Source of the DNA: Acidobacteriota bacterium
GTDB lineage: Bacteria > Acidobacteriota > Thermoanaerobaculia > Multivoradales > JBCCEF01
Direction of reading: 5' to 3'
Assembly: GCA_039028635.1 (NCBI GenBank)
Contig: JBCCHV010000019.1
Coordinates: 28,343 to 92,342 of the forward strand
Length of the DNA stretch: 64,000 bases
The stretch's first letter is position 1. The number at the start of each line of letters is the position of its first letter. This document shows, one piece after another, positions 18,100-29,168 of this stretch. The notes beneath the pieces were generated by a model. The model had not been told where the DNA came from, ran no database searches, and saw nothing but the letters and a program-made list of their open reading frames with translations. The translations under genes and the position numbers were made by a program.

Positions 18100-20043
18100 T
18101 CACGCGGTCGGCGATCCGTCGCCCCGGTGGGCCGCCACCAGCTTCTCCACCACCGCCGGGTCGGCGAGGGTCGAAATATCGCCGAGATCGTCGTAGTTGC
18201 CGGCAGCGATATTGCGCAAAATGCGGCGCATGATTTTGCCGGATCGTGTCTTCGGAAGGCCCGGCGCGAGCTGAATGCGGTCTGGACGGGCGATCGGCCC
18301 GATGGCGTGCCGCACCTGTTCCTTGAGCATGCCGATCAGCTCTTCCGGATCGGTCTCGTGGTAGTCCGGCGTGATCAGCACATAGGCGAAGATGCCGGTC
18401 CCTTTGATTTCATGAGGATAACCCACCACCGCCGCCTCGGCGACGGCGTCGTGGGCCACCAGCGCGCTCTCCACCTCGGCGGTACCGAGACGGTGCCCGC
18501 TGACGTTGAGGACGTCGTCGACACGGCCGGTGATCCAGTAGTAGCCATCGGCATCGCGATGGCAGCCATCGCCGGTGAAGTAGAGCCCTGGGTACTGGCT
18601 GAAGTAGGTCTCCCGGAAGCGCTCATGGTCGCCGTAGAGGGTGCGCGCCTGGCCCGGCCAGGAACGCGCCATGCATAGGTTTCCACGCACGTCGTCGCCG
18701 GCGATGACGGCCCCGTCATCGTCCACCAGCACCGGCTCGACGCCGAAGAAGGGCAAGGTCGCCGAGCCCGGCTTGGCCGGCGTCGCTCCCGGCAAAGGCG
18801 TGATCAAAATGCCGCCGGTTTCGGTTTGCCACCAGGTATCGACGATGGCGCAGCGGCCGCCGCCGACGACATCGTGGTACCACTGCCAAACCTCCGGATT
18901 GATCGGCTCGCCGACGGTGCCGAGAACGCGCAGCGAGTCACGCCGAGAGCGACTCACCCACTCGTCGCCCTCACGGGCGATAGCGCGTATCGCCGTCGGC
19001 GCGGTGTAGAAGACGGTGACTCCGAGATCGTCGACCAGCCGCCAGTAACGGCCGGCATCGGGATAGAGCGGCGTCGACTCGAACATCACCGTCGTCGCGC
19101 CATTGGCCAGCGGCCCGTAAATGATGTAGCTGTGGCCGGTGATCCAACCGATGTCGGCGACGCAGGCGTAGACATCGTCCGGCCCGACATCGAACACCAT
19201 CTCGTGAGTCAAGGCGGCATAGACCAGATAGCCACCGGTGGTGTGCATCACGCCCTTCGGCTTGCCCGTCGAGCCCGAGGTGTAGAGGATGAAGAGCGGC
19301 GACTCGGCGTCCATCCACTCGGCCGGACAAACCGGCCGCTGGCGCGCCAGCTCGTCGTCCAGCCAGTGATCGCGACCGGCCTCCATCGCCGGCTGGTGGG
19401 CGGTCCGCCGGGCCACCAGGACGGCGTCGATGGCGAGGCCGCGAACGGCTTCATCGGTGGTCTCTTTGAGGGGAATGGTCTTGCCGCCCCGCAGCCCCTG
19501 GTTGGCGGTCACCACCAGACGGCAACCGGCGTCTTCGATGCGCTCGCGCAGCGCCTCCGCCGAAAATCCGGCGAAGACGATCGAGTGCACCGCCCCGATG
19601 CGGGCGCAGGCCAGCATGGTGTAGGCGAGCTCCGGAATCATCGGCAGGTAGATGCAGACGCGGTCGCCGCGGCGAACGCCGTGGGCCTTGAGCACATTGG
19701 CCATGCGCCCGACCTCACGCTGTAGCCGGGCGTAGGAGATGTGCTCGTACTCGCCGGCCTCGTCGCGAGCCCAGATGATCGCCGTCTTCTCCGGCTGCCG
19801 GGCGGCATGGCGGTCGACACAGTTCCAGGCGACGTTGAGGCGACCTCCGGCATACCAGGAGATATCGACCTCGTGATAGTCCCAGGTACCCGCCCGGCGC
19901 GGCTCCTGGAACCACTCGAGACGCTCCGCCTGCCGTTTCCAGAAGCCCTCGGGATCGTCCAACGACTCGCGGTACAGACGGCGATACTCCTCCAGGGACG
20001 GCACGTGGGCATTCTTGGCGATCGCAGGCTTCACCGGAATCAT
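18100..20043 (-). CDS. acs: Acetyl-coenzyme A synthetase
   Basis: 647 aa; full-length match to Acs (N-terminal [31 protein letters not shown]-binding [12 protein letters not shown]). Confidence 0.95.
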   Translation of the reverse strand: MIPVKPAIAKNAHVPSLEEYRRLYRESLDDPEGFWKRQAERLEWFQEPRRAGTWDYHEVDISWYAGGRLNVAWNCVDRHAARQPEKTAIIWARDEAGEYEHISYARLQREVGRMANVLKAHGVRRGDRVCIYLPMIPELAYTMLACARIGAVHSIVFAGFSAEALRERIEDAGCRLVVTANQGLRGGKTIPLKETTDEAVRGLAIDAVLVARRTAHQPAMEAGRDHWLDDELARQRPVCPAEWMDAESPLFILYTSGSTGKPKGVMHTTGGYLVYAALTHEMVFDVGPDDVYACVADIGWITGHSYIIYGPLANGATTVMFESTPLYPDAGRYWRLVDDLGVTVFYTAPTAIRAIAREGDEWVSRSRRDSLRVLGTVGEPINPEVWQWYHDVVGGGRCAIVDTWWQTETGGILITPLPGATPAKPGSATLPFFGVEPVLVDDDGAVIAGDDVRGNLCMARSWPGQARTLYGDHERFRETYFSQYPGLYFTGDGCHRDADGYYWITGRVDDVLNVSGHRLGTAEVESALVAHDAVAEAAVVGYPHEIKGTGIFAYVLITPDYHETDPEELIGMLKEQVRHAIGPIARPDRIQLAPGLPKTRSGKIMRRILRNIAAGNYDDLGDISTLADPAVVEKLVAAHRGDGSPTA

Positions 20044-20122
20044 GGGCTTCCTCCTCCGAGATCGATCAGTCGGGCTCGAACCCGCCCATCGAACCGCAGG
20101 AGGGTCGCGGCCGTCAAGGGGT

Positions 20123-20206
20123 GGCGCCTTCGAGGCCTGGTCGTTACCTGTAACGGACCGGCCCGGCGGCGAGCCCTTGACCGGCGAAGGGCGCCTTCGA
20201 CGGCCT
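20123..20206. promoter_or_regulatory. Candidate operator region in the divergent acs / regulator intergenic: two direct repeats GGCGCCTTCGA(G/C)GGCC flanking a palindrome CGTTAC-CT-GTAACG
   Basis: Repeat 1 at 20123-20137, repeat 2 at 20191-20206 (15/16 identical), 6-bp-arm palindrome at 20142-20155; all in the 264-bp divergent intergenic. Confidence 0.3.
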
Positions 20207-20307
20207 TCCCGGGAGATCTCGCCGAGCCCTTCAGAGCCTCCTCGAACAACCCTTAAAGTGATTGAATCTATGAGCCTTACGCTATCCAGCAGGGAGCGCC
20301 GGAAGGC

Positions 20308-22332
20308 TTGCCAGGAATTTCACGACCGGATAGCCTGACCCCAGAGATTGCCGTGATCTATCGCTTCGCCGAATTCGAGATCGACCGCGCCGCCTATCGG
20401 CTGACCCGTCAGGGGGAAGCGGTACGGCTCGAACCGCGAGTCTTCGATCTGCTGGTTTATCTCCTCGAGCACCGCTCGCGGGTGATCGCCAAGGACGAGC
20501 TCTTCGCCGAGGTCTGGCAAGGGCAGGCGGTCACCGACTCGGTGCTCACCCGCGCCGTCTATGAGCTGCGCAGCGCCCTCGGCGACGACTCCAAGCAGCC
20601 GCGCTACCTGGCCACCGTCCACGGCCGCGGTTACCGCTTCGTCGGCGAGGTTCGAGAGGGCGTCGGCGATGCCAACCCGAGCCCGACGCCGGAGGCAGAC
20701 GAAACGCCACCCCCGGCCAGGCCCGAAGCGCTGCCCTCATCGCGGCCCAGCGGCCGTCCCCGGTGGACGCTCTGGGCCGGAATCGGTGCGCTCTCGCTGC
20801 TCGTCGGGCTGGCGGCCGCGCAGCTCCTGCGGGATCCCGGCACGGCCACCTCGCGAGCCGATTCGGCACCCGAACCCGAGCGCGATCGGACGACTCGTCT
20901 GGCCCTGTTGCCCTTCACCACCACCACCGACGACGCCAACCGCGATCTGCTCTCGCTGTCGATGACGGACCTGCTGTGGGCCCGCCTTTCGGCCCAGCCG
21001 GGGCTGCACGTTCCGATGCCCGACTACGGCGGCGGTCGTGAGCTCTCCAGCGAGAGTATCGCCGCCTACCTGCGCGACCTCGGAGCCGAGGCCGCCGTCA
21101 CCGGCCGCCTGGCGCCGATCGGTGCCGAGCCGCGAGCGCGCCTGACCGTCGAGCTCTACCGGGTGGACCCGCAGCGCGGGGTCCAGACCCTGACCCTCGG
21201 GGGTTACGATCTCCCCCACCTCGAAGACGATGCCGATCTCGCCTTCTTCACCCGGGTGCGGGAAGCGATCGCCGCCAACGTCATCGAGCAGCTCGGCGGC
21301 GCCTTCTCCTTCACCACCGGTGACGGCAGCTCGCCGAGCGACCCCGAGGCCTTCCGCCTCTACCTCGAAGCCCGCTCCCGCCTCCTCGACCTGACCTGCG
21401 GTGATCGCGAATGGGTGGTCAACCTGCTCGACCGATCGATCGAGCGCGACCCCAACTTCGGCCTCGCCTGGCTGGCCCTGGGCTTCGCCCACTACAGTCA
21501 GCTCTGGTCCTGCGGCCGGGAGGCGGAGTTCGCCCTCCAGGCCTTGGCCGCCGCCGAGCGCGCGCTCGAGGTGTCCCCGGAGATGAGCCACGCCCTCTTC
21601 CTCCAGACCTGTGTGCTGACCGACCTGGGGCGAACCGAAGAAGCCTGGCAGCGGCTCCAAGGGAGCTCCGTGCGACGTTCCCCTCAGACCCTCGTCGCGC
21701 GTGCCTACGTGCTGCGCCACGCCGGCCTTCTCGACCTGGCGGCCAACCACGTCCGGGACGCCCTCGAGCTCGATCCTCTGGTCTTCGAGGAGCTCGGCGA
21801 GGTGCCCCTCACCTTGCTCTATCGCGGTGAGTACGACACCTTCCTGGCCTACCTGCCCGGCCTCGACAGTCCCTACAATCTGTTCTACCGCGGCCTCACG
21901 GAGAGACTGCGAAATCGCCCTCAGGTGGCGCGGGAGCTGCTCGAGCCGGCCTTCCGGCTGAATCCCAACGACCTCTTCGCGCGCTACTCCTCCAGCCTTC
22001 TCGCCCTCCTCGAAGGGGACCGCGACGCGGCCGGCGACATCGTCCGCCAGGTGGTGCATCAGCGCCGCACGCTGGCGGCGGCGGGCGGCGAGCTGACCTT
22101 CAAAGAGGCCCAGCTCCTCGCCGCCGCCGGCGACCAGCGCGGCGCCGTCGAGCAGCTCGAGCTGGCCGTCGATCAGGGCTTCTTCTGCTCGCCGTGTATG
22201 GCCTCCGACCCGCTGTTGACGAATCTCACCGGAAACGACGCCTTTCGCCTCGCGGTGCAGCGGGCTGAAGAGCGCCGGGCGCGCTTCGTCGAGGCCACGG
22301 GAGCCGGATCCAGCCTGATTCCAGCTCCCTGA
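20308..22332 (+). CDS. Membrane-bound one-component transcriptional regulator, CadC/ToxR-like (N-terminal OmpR-type winged helix, single TM, periplasmic TPR-like domain)
   Basis: N-terminus [55 protein letters not shown] is a trans_reg_C wHTH; [24 protein letters not shown]; long periplasmic alpha-helical region. Start (TTG at 20308 or a downstream GTG) uncertain. Confidence 0.7.
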   Translation: MPGISRPDSLTPEIAVIYRFAEFEIDRAAYRLTRQGEAVRLEPRVFDLLVYLLEHRSRVIAKDELFAEVWQGQAVTDSVLTRAVYELRSALGDDSKQPRYLATVHGRGYRFVGEVREGVGDANPSPTPEADETPPPARPEALPSSRPSGRPRWTLWAGIGALSLLVGLAAAQLLRDPGTATSRADSAPEPERDRTTRLALLPFTTTTDDANRDLLSLSMTDLLWARLSAQPGLHVPMPDYGGGRELSSESIAAYLRDLGAEAAVTGRLAPIGAEPRARLTVELYRVDPQRGVQTLTLGGYDLPHLEDDADLAFFTRVREAIAANVIEQLGGAFSFTTGDGSSPSDPEAFRLYLEARSRLLDLTCGDREWVVNLLDRSIERDPNFGLAWLALGFAHYSQLWSCGREAEFALQALAAAERALEVSPEMSHALFLQTCVLTDLGRTEEAWQRLQGSSVRRSPQTLVARAYVLRHAGLLDLAANHVRDALELDPLVFEELGEVPLTLLYRGEYDTFLAYLPGLDSPYNLFYRGLTERLRNRPQVARELLEPAFRLNPNDLFARYSSSLLALLEGDRDAAGDIVRQVVHQRRTLAAAGGELTFKEAQLLAAAGDQRGAVEQLELAVDQGFFCSPCMASDPLLTNLTGNDAFRLAVQRAEERRARFVEATGAGSSLIPAP

Positions 22333-22513
22333 AGAATCCCCGAAATCGCCCGTCCCGCGGGCCTTCCGTAACTCCCTGAGATCTTCATCAGAACCTCCTG
22401 AGGGTTCGCTCACGAGCCCGTCACGGCGCCCTCAAGCGCGCTCACCGAGGGCTGCCTAGGCTCCGTCTCGTCGTCGCGGCAATCCCGCCCGGCGACTGAC
22501 CACGGAGCCCGCA

Positions 22514-23014
22514 ATGCCTCGACGGAGGTCTTTCACCGCCCACCTGGCCGGAGCCCTCACCAGCGCTCTGACCCTCGCCCTCGCGATCATCCCGGTGGCG
22601 ATCGCCGACGGCAACCCGCCGCCGGACCTGCGCCTCGAGTGGCGCCTCGGCGACCGCACCTCACGCCGCGCACCGGCCGTCCAAGGTCGCCCGGGCGAGG
22701 TCGTCACCCTGCCCTATGTGCTGCGCAACGTCGGCGGACAGGCGGCCCACGGAGTGGTGATCGAAGCCTTCACCCAGCTCGGACCGGTCGGAGCCAGCAA
22801 GCGCCTGCGACCGGGACCGCGGCCGGGCCAAGAGGTGGCGCGACGTCTCGATCTGCCCCTCGCCCGCGGCGTGCGCGAGGTGTGCATCGTGGTCCGGCTC
22901 CAGACCCTCGAAATCGAAGATCCCCGGGATCCCCATCCCGACGACAACCGGCTGTGCCGCCCGGTCGCCATCGCGACCGGCGCAGACCGCCACCCATCGA
23001 CCCCAGATCTATAG
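22514..23014 (+). CDS. Secreted CARDB-domain protein (single domain)
   Basis: Signal peptide, then CARDB pattern PDLRLEW...GEVVTLPYVLRNVGGQAAHGVVIEAF. Confidence 0.6.
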   Translation: MPRRRSFTAHLAGALTSALTLALAIIPVAIADGNPPPDLRLEWRLGDRTSRRAPAVQGRPGEVVTLPYVLRNVGGQAAHGVVIEAFTQLGPVGASKRLRPGPRPGQEVARRLDLPLARGVREVCIVVRLQTLEIEDPRDPHPDDNRLCRPVAIATGADRHPSTPDL

Positions 23015-23049
23015 ACCAGAGACCCCATAGACAAGAGAAAGGAACCACC

Positions 23050-24255
23050 ATGAAGCCTTTTCACCGCATCTTCGTCCTCGCCACGGCCCTCACGGCCCTG
23101 GTCGCGATGAGCGCCGCGGCGCCGCCCGCGGCCGCCCAGCCAGACCTCGTCATCAACAACGTCCAGGTGCTCGACTGCGGTCGCATCCAGGTCACCATGC
23201 GCAACCAGGGCAATCAGCTCAACAACACCATCACCGCCGCCTCGGTGGTGGTCTATCCGGCCGGCACCCCGAACCTGAACGTCTGGCGCAAGAACGTCTT
23301 CTTCAGCGCCATCGGCGCCGGCCAGTCGCGCACCATGACGGTTTCCGGACCGTCTCCCAATCCCCCCAACGGCACCGGCAAGCAGCGCGCCTTCACCAAC
23401 GACGGGGCGCACACCATCCAGGTGGTGGCGGACGGCACCGAGGTGGTCAACGAGACCAATGAGAACAACAACATCTTCAACACCAATCACAACGCCAACG
23501 GCTGCTCCCTGGCCGAGCCTTGCGAGCTGGCAGCGGTGTTCTCGTGGCCGACCTACTCGAACCTTCCGGCCTCCAACCCCGCCAAGCTGACCGCCAAGTT
23601 CACCAACAGCGGCGGCGAGAGCTGTCCGGCCAAGACCCTGGTGCTGCGGCGCTACTCCGGCTCGAGCCCGTCCGGCCCCGCCGTCACCGTCGGCAGCTCC
23701 CAGCTTCCGACCGTCGCCGCCAGCCGCACCAAGAAGGTGTCCTGGGTCGATTCCAACCATCCGACCAGCGGCACCTTCACCTATGCCTTCACCTATCAGG
23801 GTGGCTTCAGCGACGGCAACAACGGCAACCACTCGCCCTCGAAGACGGTCACCTTCACCTCGCCGGTGCGGCCCGGCGGCGGGGGCGGCAGCGGTGCCGG
23901 CTGTGACTTGAGCGCTCAGTTCACGGCACCCAACGGCTCGAACCTGCCCGGCGGCGGCACCATCTCCTGGAATGTGCTGTTCAAGAACCAGGGCAGCGGC
24001 CAGTGCAAAGCCGCCAAGGTGCGCCTCAACCGCTTCAAGGGCAACACCTGCAGCGGCTACGGCAGCCTGATCGGCGGCTCCGGCAACATCCAGATGGTGC
24101 AAGAGCTGGCCCCCGGCCAAAGCCAGACCGTGGTGTTCACCGAGCGACGGGCGCCACGCTCCGGCCGGCACTGCTACCAGCTCAAGTACTCCTCGCCCTT
24201 CAACGACAGCAACAACAGCAATCACCGCCCGCAGCGGAAGGTCAACTTCCAGTGA
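23050..24255 (+). CDS. Secreted multi-CARDB-domain protein (about three repeats)
   Basis: Start at MKPFHRIF (signal peptide ...AAPPAAAQ); repeats beginning QPDLVINNVQVLDCGRIQVTMRNQGN..., each ending with NN-rich linkers. The ORF-track N-terminal extension from 22639 is rejected. Confidence 0.7.
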   Translation: MKPFHRIFVLATALTALVAMSAAAPPAAAQPDLVINNVQVLDCGRIQVTMRNQGNQLNNTITAASVVVYPAGTPNLNVWRKNVFFSAIGAGQSRTMTVSGPSPNPPNGTGKQRAFTNDGAHTIQVVADGTEVVNETNENNNIFNTNHNANGCSLAEPCELAAVFSWPTYSNLPASNPAKLTAKFTNSGGESCPAKTLVLRRYSGSSPSGPAVTVGSSQLPTVAASRTKKVSWVDSNHPTSGTFTYAFTYQGGFSDGNNGNHSPSKTVTFTSPVRPGGGGGSGAGCDLSAQFTAPNGSNLPGGGTISWNVLFKNQGSGQCKAAKVRLNRFKGNTCSGYGSLIGGSGNIQMVQELAPGQSQTVVFTERRAPRSGRHCYQLKYSSPFNDSNNSNHRPQRKVNFQ

Positions 24256-24305
24256 GTGGTGACGGGGGCGAGAACCTCGCCCCCGGTCCCTCCCGGAGAG
24301 CCCAA

Positions 24306-26396
24306 ATGATGCTCATCGATCTCAAGCTGGGACGCCCCCTGGCGGTGCTCCTGGTCGCCCTCGGGCTGACCACCGCCACCGCCGCTCAGACGCCATCACC
24401 GATCACCGCTTCGGCCCGCTGGAGCGACGCCTGGCTGCCCTCCGACGAGCCCATCGTCCTCGAGCTTTCACGCCTGCCGCAGCTCGGCGAAGGGCGCCTT
24501 GCGCTGGTCCTCGGCAACCTCGACGTGACCGATGTCTTCCAGCGCCGCGGCACGACCTGGACTTTCCGGCCGGAGCTCGCGGTCCTGCCCGCCGGCGAGT
24601 CCGAGCTGGTGCTCTATCAGGTCGCCGACCAAGGTAGCTGGCAGGAGCTCTCCCGCCTGCCGGTGAAAGTGCTCACCCGGCGGGGCTTCGAGTCACGCCA
24701 GGTGACACCGCGCCTCGACCTGCAGTCAGAAGGGCTGCTCGATTCCGGCGGCGACGCCGAGGCCGGCGCCGAAACCGGTCTGCGCGATGTCGGCGGCCAG
24801 ATCGACCTTCAGGGCCAGCTGGTGCGCAACGGCTGGAACCTCCGTTTCGGAGCCAACGTCCTGGCCACCACCGACCGCCAGCGGGCGCTGCGCTTCGCCA
24901 GCGAGGGCGAGGACGCGCCGCGCGCCGATCTCGCGAGCTACGCCCTGCGCCTGGCGCGCGGCAGGACGGCGCTCGAGGTCGGACACCTGACCTGGGGCCG
25001 CCATCCGCAGCTCATCGACAGCTTCTCGACCCGCGGCGTCGCGGTCTCGCTGCCGATGGGCCGAGCCCTGCGCTTCGCCGGCGGCGCCTTCGCCGGCTCC
25101 AGCCTGGTGGGATGGGACAACCCCCTCGGCCTGTCCGAAAGCGACCACCAACTGGTCGCCGGCCGCCTGGAGATCGAGGCTCGCCCCGCGCAGCCGGGTG
25201 CCCTGACCTTCGGCGTCACCTTCCTCGATGGCTCGAAACGCCCCTTGCCGGGCTTCAATCAAGGGGTGATCGACGACCGCGAGGAGTCTTCCGGCCTCGG
25301 TCTCGCCGTCGACGCGCGCGGCTGGGACGGGCGCCTGCGCTTCACCGGCCGCTGGGCCGAGAGTGAGTTCGTCAATCCGGCGGACCCGGCCCTCGCCCAA
25401 GGCGCCGACCTAGTGGCGGTCCGGCCCGAGACCCGCGAAGGGCGATCGGCGAGCCTCGCCGTCGACCTGCTGCGGGACGTCGCCGTCGGCCCGCGCCATC
25501 GCCTCGGCGGCACCCTCGAGTTGCGCCACGAGCAGACCGACCCGCAGTACCGCAGCCTCGGAGCCCTCGGCATCCTCGCCGACCGGCGCCACGACCAGGC
25601 GACCCTCAACGGCACCCTCGGTCCGGTGGCCCTGTCCGTCAGCCACAGCGAAGCGCGCGACAACCTCGACGATATCCCGTCGATCCTCACCACCCGGACC
25701 GACCGCGATGCCGCTTCCCTGACGCTGCCGCTGGCCGATCTGCCGGCCGAAAGGGCGCCCTGGCTGCCGATGCTCAGCGCCGCCTTCGACCGCACCCATC
25801 AACGGGGCGACGGCATTCCCGTCGACAGCGGCTTCAACGCCTCCCACGTGCCGGATCAGGTGTCCGACAACCGCAATCTCGGCCTCGAGTGGTCCGGCGC
25901 CCGCTGGCGCCTCGGCTGGATGGTCAACGGCAGCGATCAGGACAACCGCCAGCCGGGCCGCCAGGGCAACGACTTCGAGACCCGGGTGCAGGAGGTCAAC
26001 GGCTGGTTCTCGCTCAACCCGAAGATCGACCTCGGAATCGCCCTCGGTCTCGAGGCGAGCGACAGCCAGGCCACCGGCGAAGAGACCGAGAACCAGCGCA
26101 TCGGTCTCGACCTCGCCTGGCGGCCCGCGGAGCGCTGGGCCTTCGCGGCGCGCCTCTCCCTCAACGACGGCGAGATCCTGGCGCCCGATGGCCGCGCCGA
26201 GAGTGAGAGCTTCACCGGCAACGCCGAAGGCACCTATCGCTTCGAGCACCGCCGCGGTGAGCACCACGGCATCGGCGGTCAGCTCTTCCTACGCTTTTCC
26301 AGCCAGGCCTACGAGGCCGTCGATCGTCGCTTCAGCCTGTTCGAGGACCGGGATTCCTGGACCCTGCGGGCCGGCATCAATCTGAGCCTGTTCTAG
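24306..26396 (+). CDS. Putative outer-membrane beta-barrel protein
   Basis: Start at MMLIDLKLGRPLAVLLVALGLTTATAAQ (signal peptide); 696 aa with alternating amphipathic strands; C-terminal ...AGINLSLF ending in Phe. Confidence 0.6.
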   Translation: MMLIDLKLGRPLAVLLVALGLTTATAAQTPSPITASARWSDAWLPSDEPIVLELSRLPQLGEGRLALVLGNLDVTDVFQRRGTTWTFRPELAVLPAGESELVLYQVADQGSWQELSRLPVKVLTRRGFESRQVTPRLDLQSEGLLDSGGDAEAGAETGLRDVGGQIDLQGQLVRNGWNLRFGANVLATTDRQRALRFASEGEDAPRADLASYALRLARGRTALEVGHLTWGRHPQLIDSFSTRGVAVSLPMGRALRFAGGAFAGSSLVGWDNPLGLSESDHQLVAGRLEIEARPAQPGALTFGVTFLDGSKRPLPGFNQGVIDDREESSGLGLAVDARGWDGRLRFTGRWAESEFVNPADPALAQGADLVAVRPETREGRSASLAVDLLRDVAVGPRHRLGGTLELRHEQTDPQYRSLGALGILADRRHDQATLNGTLGPVALSVSHSEARDNLDDIPSILTTRTDRDAASLTLPLADLPAERAPWLPMLSAAFDRTHQRGDGIPVDSGFNASHVPDQVSDNRNLGLEWSGARWRLGWMVNGSDQDNRQPGRQGNDFETRVQEVNGWFSLNPKIDLGIALGLEASDSQATGEETENQRIGLDLAWRPAERWAFAARLSLNDGEILAPDGRAESESFTGNAEGTYRFEHRRGEHHGIGGQLFLRFSSQAYEAVDRRFSLFEDRDSWTLRAGINLSLF

Positions 26397-26404
26397 GAGA
26401 CGCC

Positions 26405-27682
26405 ATGCAACACTTCAAAGCCCTCCTCCTCGCCGGCACCCTGGCTCTCGTTGTCGCCACGCCCAGCGTGGCGGACATCTCGCGCGACCCGAACGGAGTC
26501 AACGTGTCGAGCCAGGGCGCAACGACCGTCTTCATCACCTTCGGCAATCTGCAAAACCAGGTACCGGTAGAGGCCACTTGGTGCGGCGAGCTGATCCCCG
26601 CCGCCCCGGACCTCGGCCTGCGCTGTGATCCGGCCACCGTCTTCGGGCGCCTGCCGATCCGCTTCGACCAATCGCGCCTCGCCGGCAGCGCCTTCACCGA
26701 CATCATGTCGATTCCGCCCTCCGTCGCGCGCCGCGCCTACCAGGCGGCGGCCGCCGGCGAGACCTCGTCCTTCTTCTACGTCCGACGCTTCGTCTCAACC
26801 GTCGGCGGACCGGACGAGTACGTCTTCGTGACCTGCCGCCTGGCCGGCGGTGGCGCACGGGTGCCGCTCGCCCTGCTCGACGTCCAGCTGCGCTTCGCCA
26901 GCGACCTGCCGGTGGTTTCGGTGTTGACCGGCGACCTGCCACCGCAGCTCGAGGCGGAGATCTCCTACAACGGCACCGGCCGTCTCGAGGGTCGCTGGGA
27001 AGTGGTGCTGCCGGGGGATGATCCGCCGACCAGCCGCGACCTGCTGACGGAGGCCTCGCTGCCCATCGAGGAGCGTCCCCTGCAGCGCCGCTACCTGGAG
27101 ATCGGCCGCTTCAACGAGTTCCTGCCGCCCACCGGCCGGGTGGTCTTGCCAGGACCGGACCCACAGCTCCTTCCGACCGAAGTCGAGGGCCTGCACCAGG
27201 TCCTGCTGCGCATCGAGGCGAGCGACGATAAAGAAGGAGACTCGAATCTGGCCGCCGCCGGGGCCGGCCAAGGGGTGGTCCACAGCGGTGCGGTGGCCGG
27301 CTTTCCCCTGCCGGCGCTGCGCTACTTCGTGGGCAGCGCCCCGACCGGCTGGGCCGCTTCCGCCGGCAACGGCCTCGAGCTGATCGCTCCGCCGCAGGAC
27401 TCCGAGGTCGCGGCCACCGAGCTGATCTTCCGCTGGCACCTCGCCCGCGATGCGGTGGTCTACCGCCTCGAGATCGAAACCGCCGCCGGCGGGGCGCTGC
27501 ACTCGGCCCTGCTGCAACAGGGCATCGGCAGCTACCAGGCGCCGACCTTCGTTGCCGCGGCGGCGGCCGACAAGGAGCTGCGCTGGCGGGTGCTGGCGCT
27601 GCTGCCGGAAGACCGCGAGCTCGGCCGCACGGACTGGCGTGGACTGCGCCTTGCCGCCCCCGAGGAGAGCGATTCGCCGTAA
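26405..27682 (+). CDS. Secreted hypothetical protein
   Basis: 425 aa; signal peptide MQHFKALLLAGTLALVVATPSVAD; 8 nt after the beta-barrel gene, so in the same operon. Confidence 0.55.
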   Translation: MQHFKALLLAGTLALVVATPSVADISRDPNGVNVSSQGATTVFITFGNLQNQVPVEATWCGELIPAAPDLGLRCDPATVFGRLPIRFDQSRLAGSAFTDIMSIPPSVARRAYQAAAAGETSSFFYVRRFVSTVGGPDEYVFVTCRLAGGGARVPLALLDVQLRFASDLPVVSVLTGDLPPQLEAEISYNGTGRLEGRWEVVLPGDDPPTSRDLLTEASLPIEERPLQRRYLEIGRFNEFLPPTGRVVLPGPDPQLLPTEVEGLHQVLLRIEASDDKEGDSNLAAAGAGQGVVHSGAVAGFPLPALRYFVGSAPTGWAASAGNGLELIAPPQDSEVAATELIFRWHLARDAVVYRLEIETAAGGALHSALLQQGIGSYQAPTFVAAAAADKELRWRVLALLPEDRELGRTDWRGLRLAAPEESDSP

Positions 27683-27751
27683 CAGGTCGCGCAGCCGACC
27701 GTCCCCGGCCAAGGGGTCCCCGGAAACCCGCCGCGGGAAACGGCCGCGGGC

Positions 27752-27796
27752 AAAAAAACAAACGCCGTGCCTCTCACCGGCACGGCGTTTGTTCAT
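27752..27796. terminator. Rho-independent terminator (strong on the minus strand for aceA; usable bidirectionally)
   Basis: Perfect 15-bp stem AACAAACGCCGTGCC / GGCACGGCGTTTGTT with a 7-nt loop, preceded by AAAAAAA on the plus strand (a U7 tract on the minus-strand transcript); lies between convergent genes. Confidence 0.7.
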
Positions 27797-27817
27797 CCCT
27801 GGGGTGAACTCAACGGC

Positions 27818-29095
<1,278 letters not shown>

Positions 29096-29168
29096 GGTTC
29101 GATCCCCCTTGACGGTCAGTCCATCCCCAACGATTAGCAACGACAGCGAGCGATCACCGGTCCCGCCC

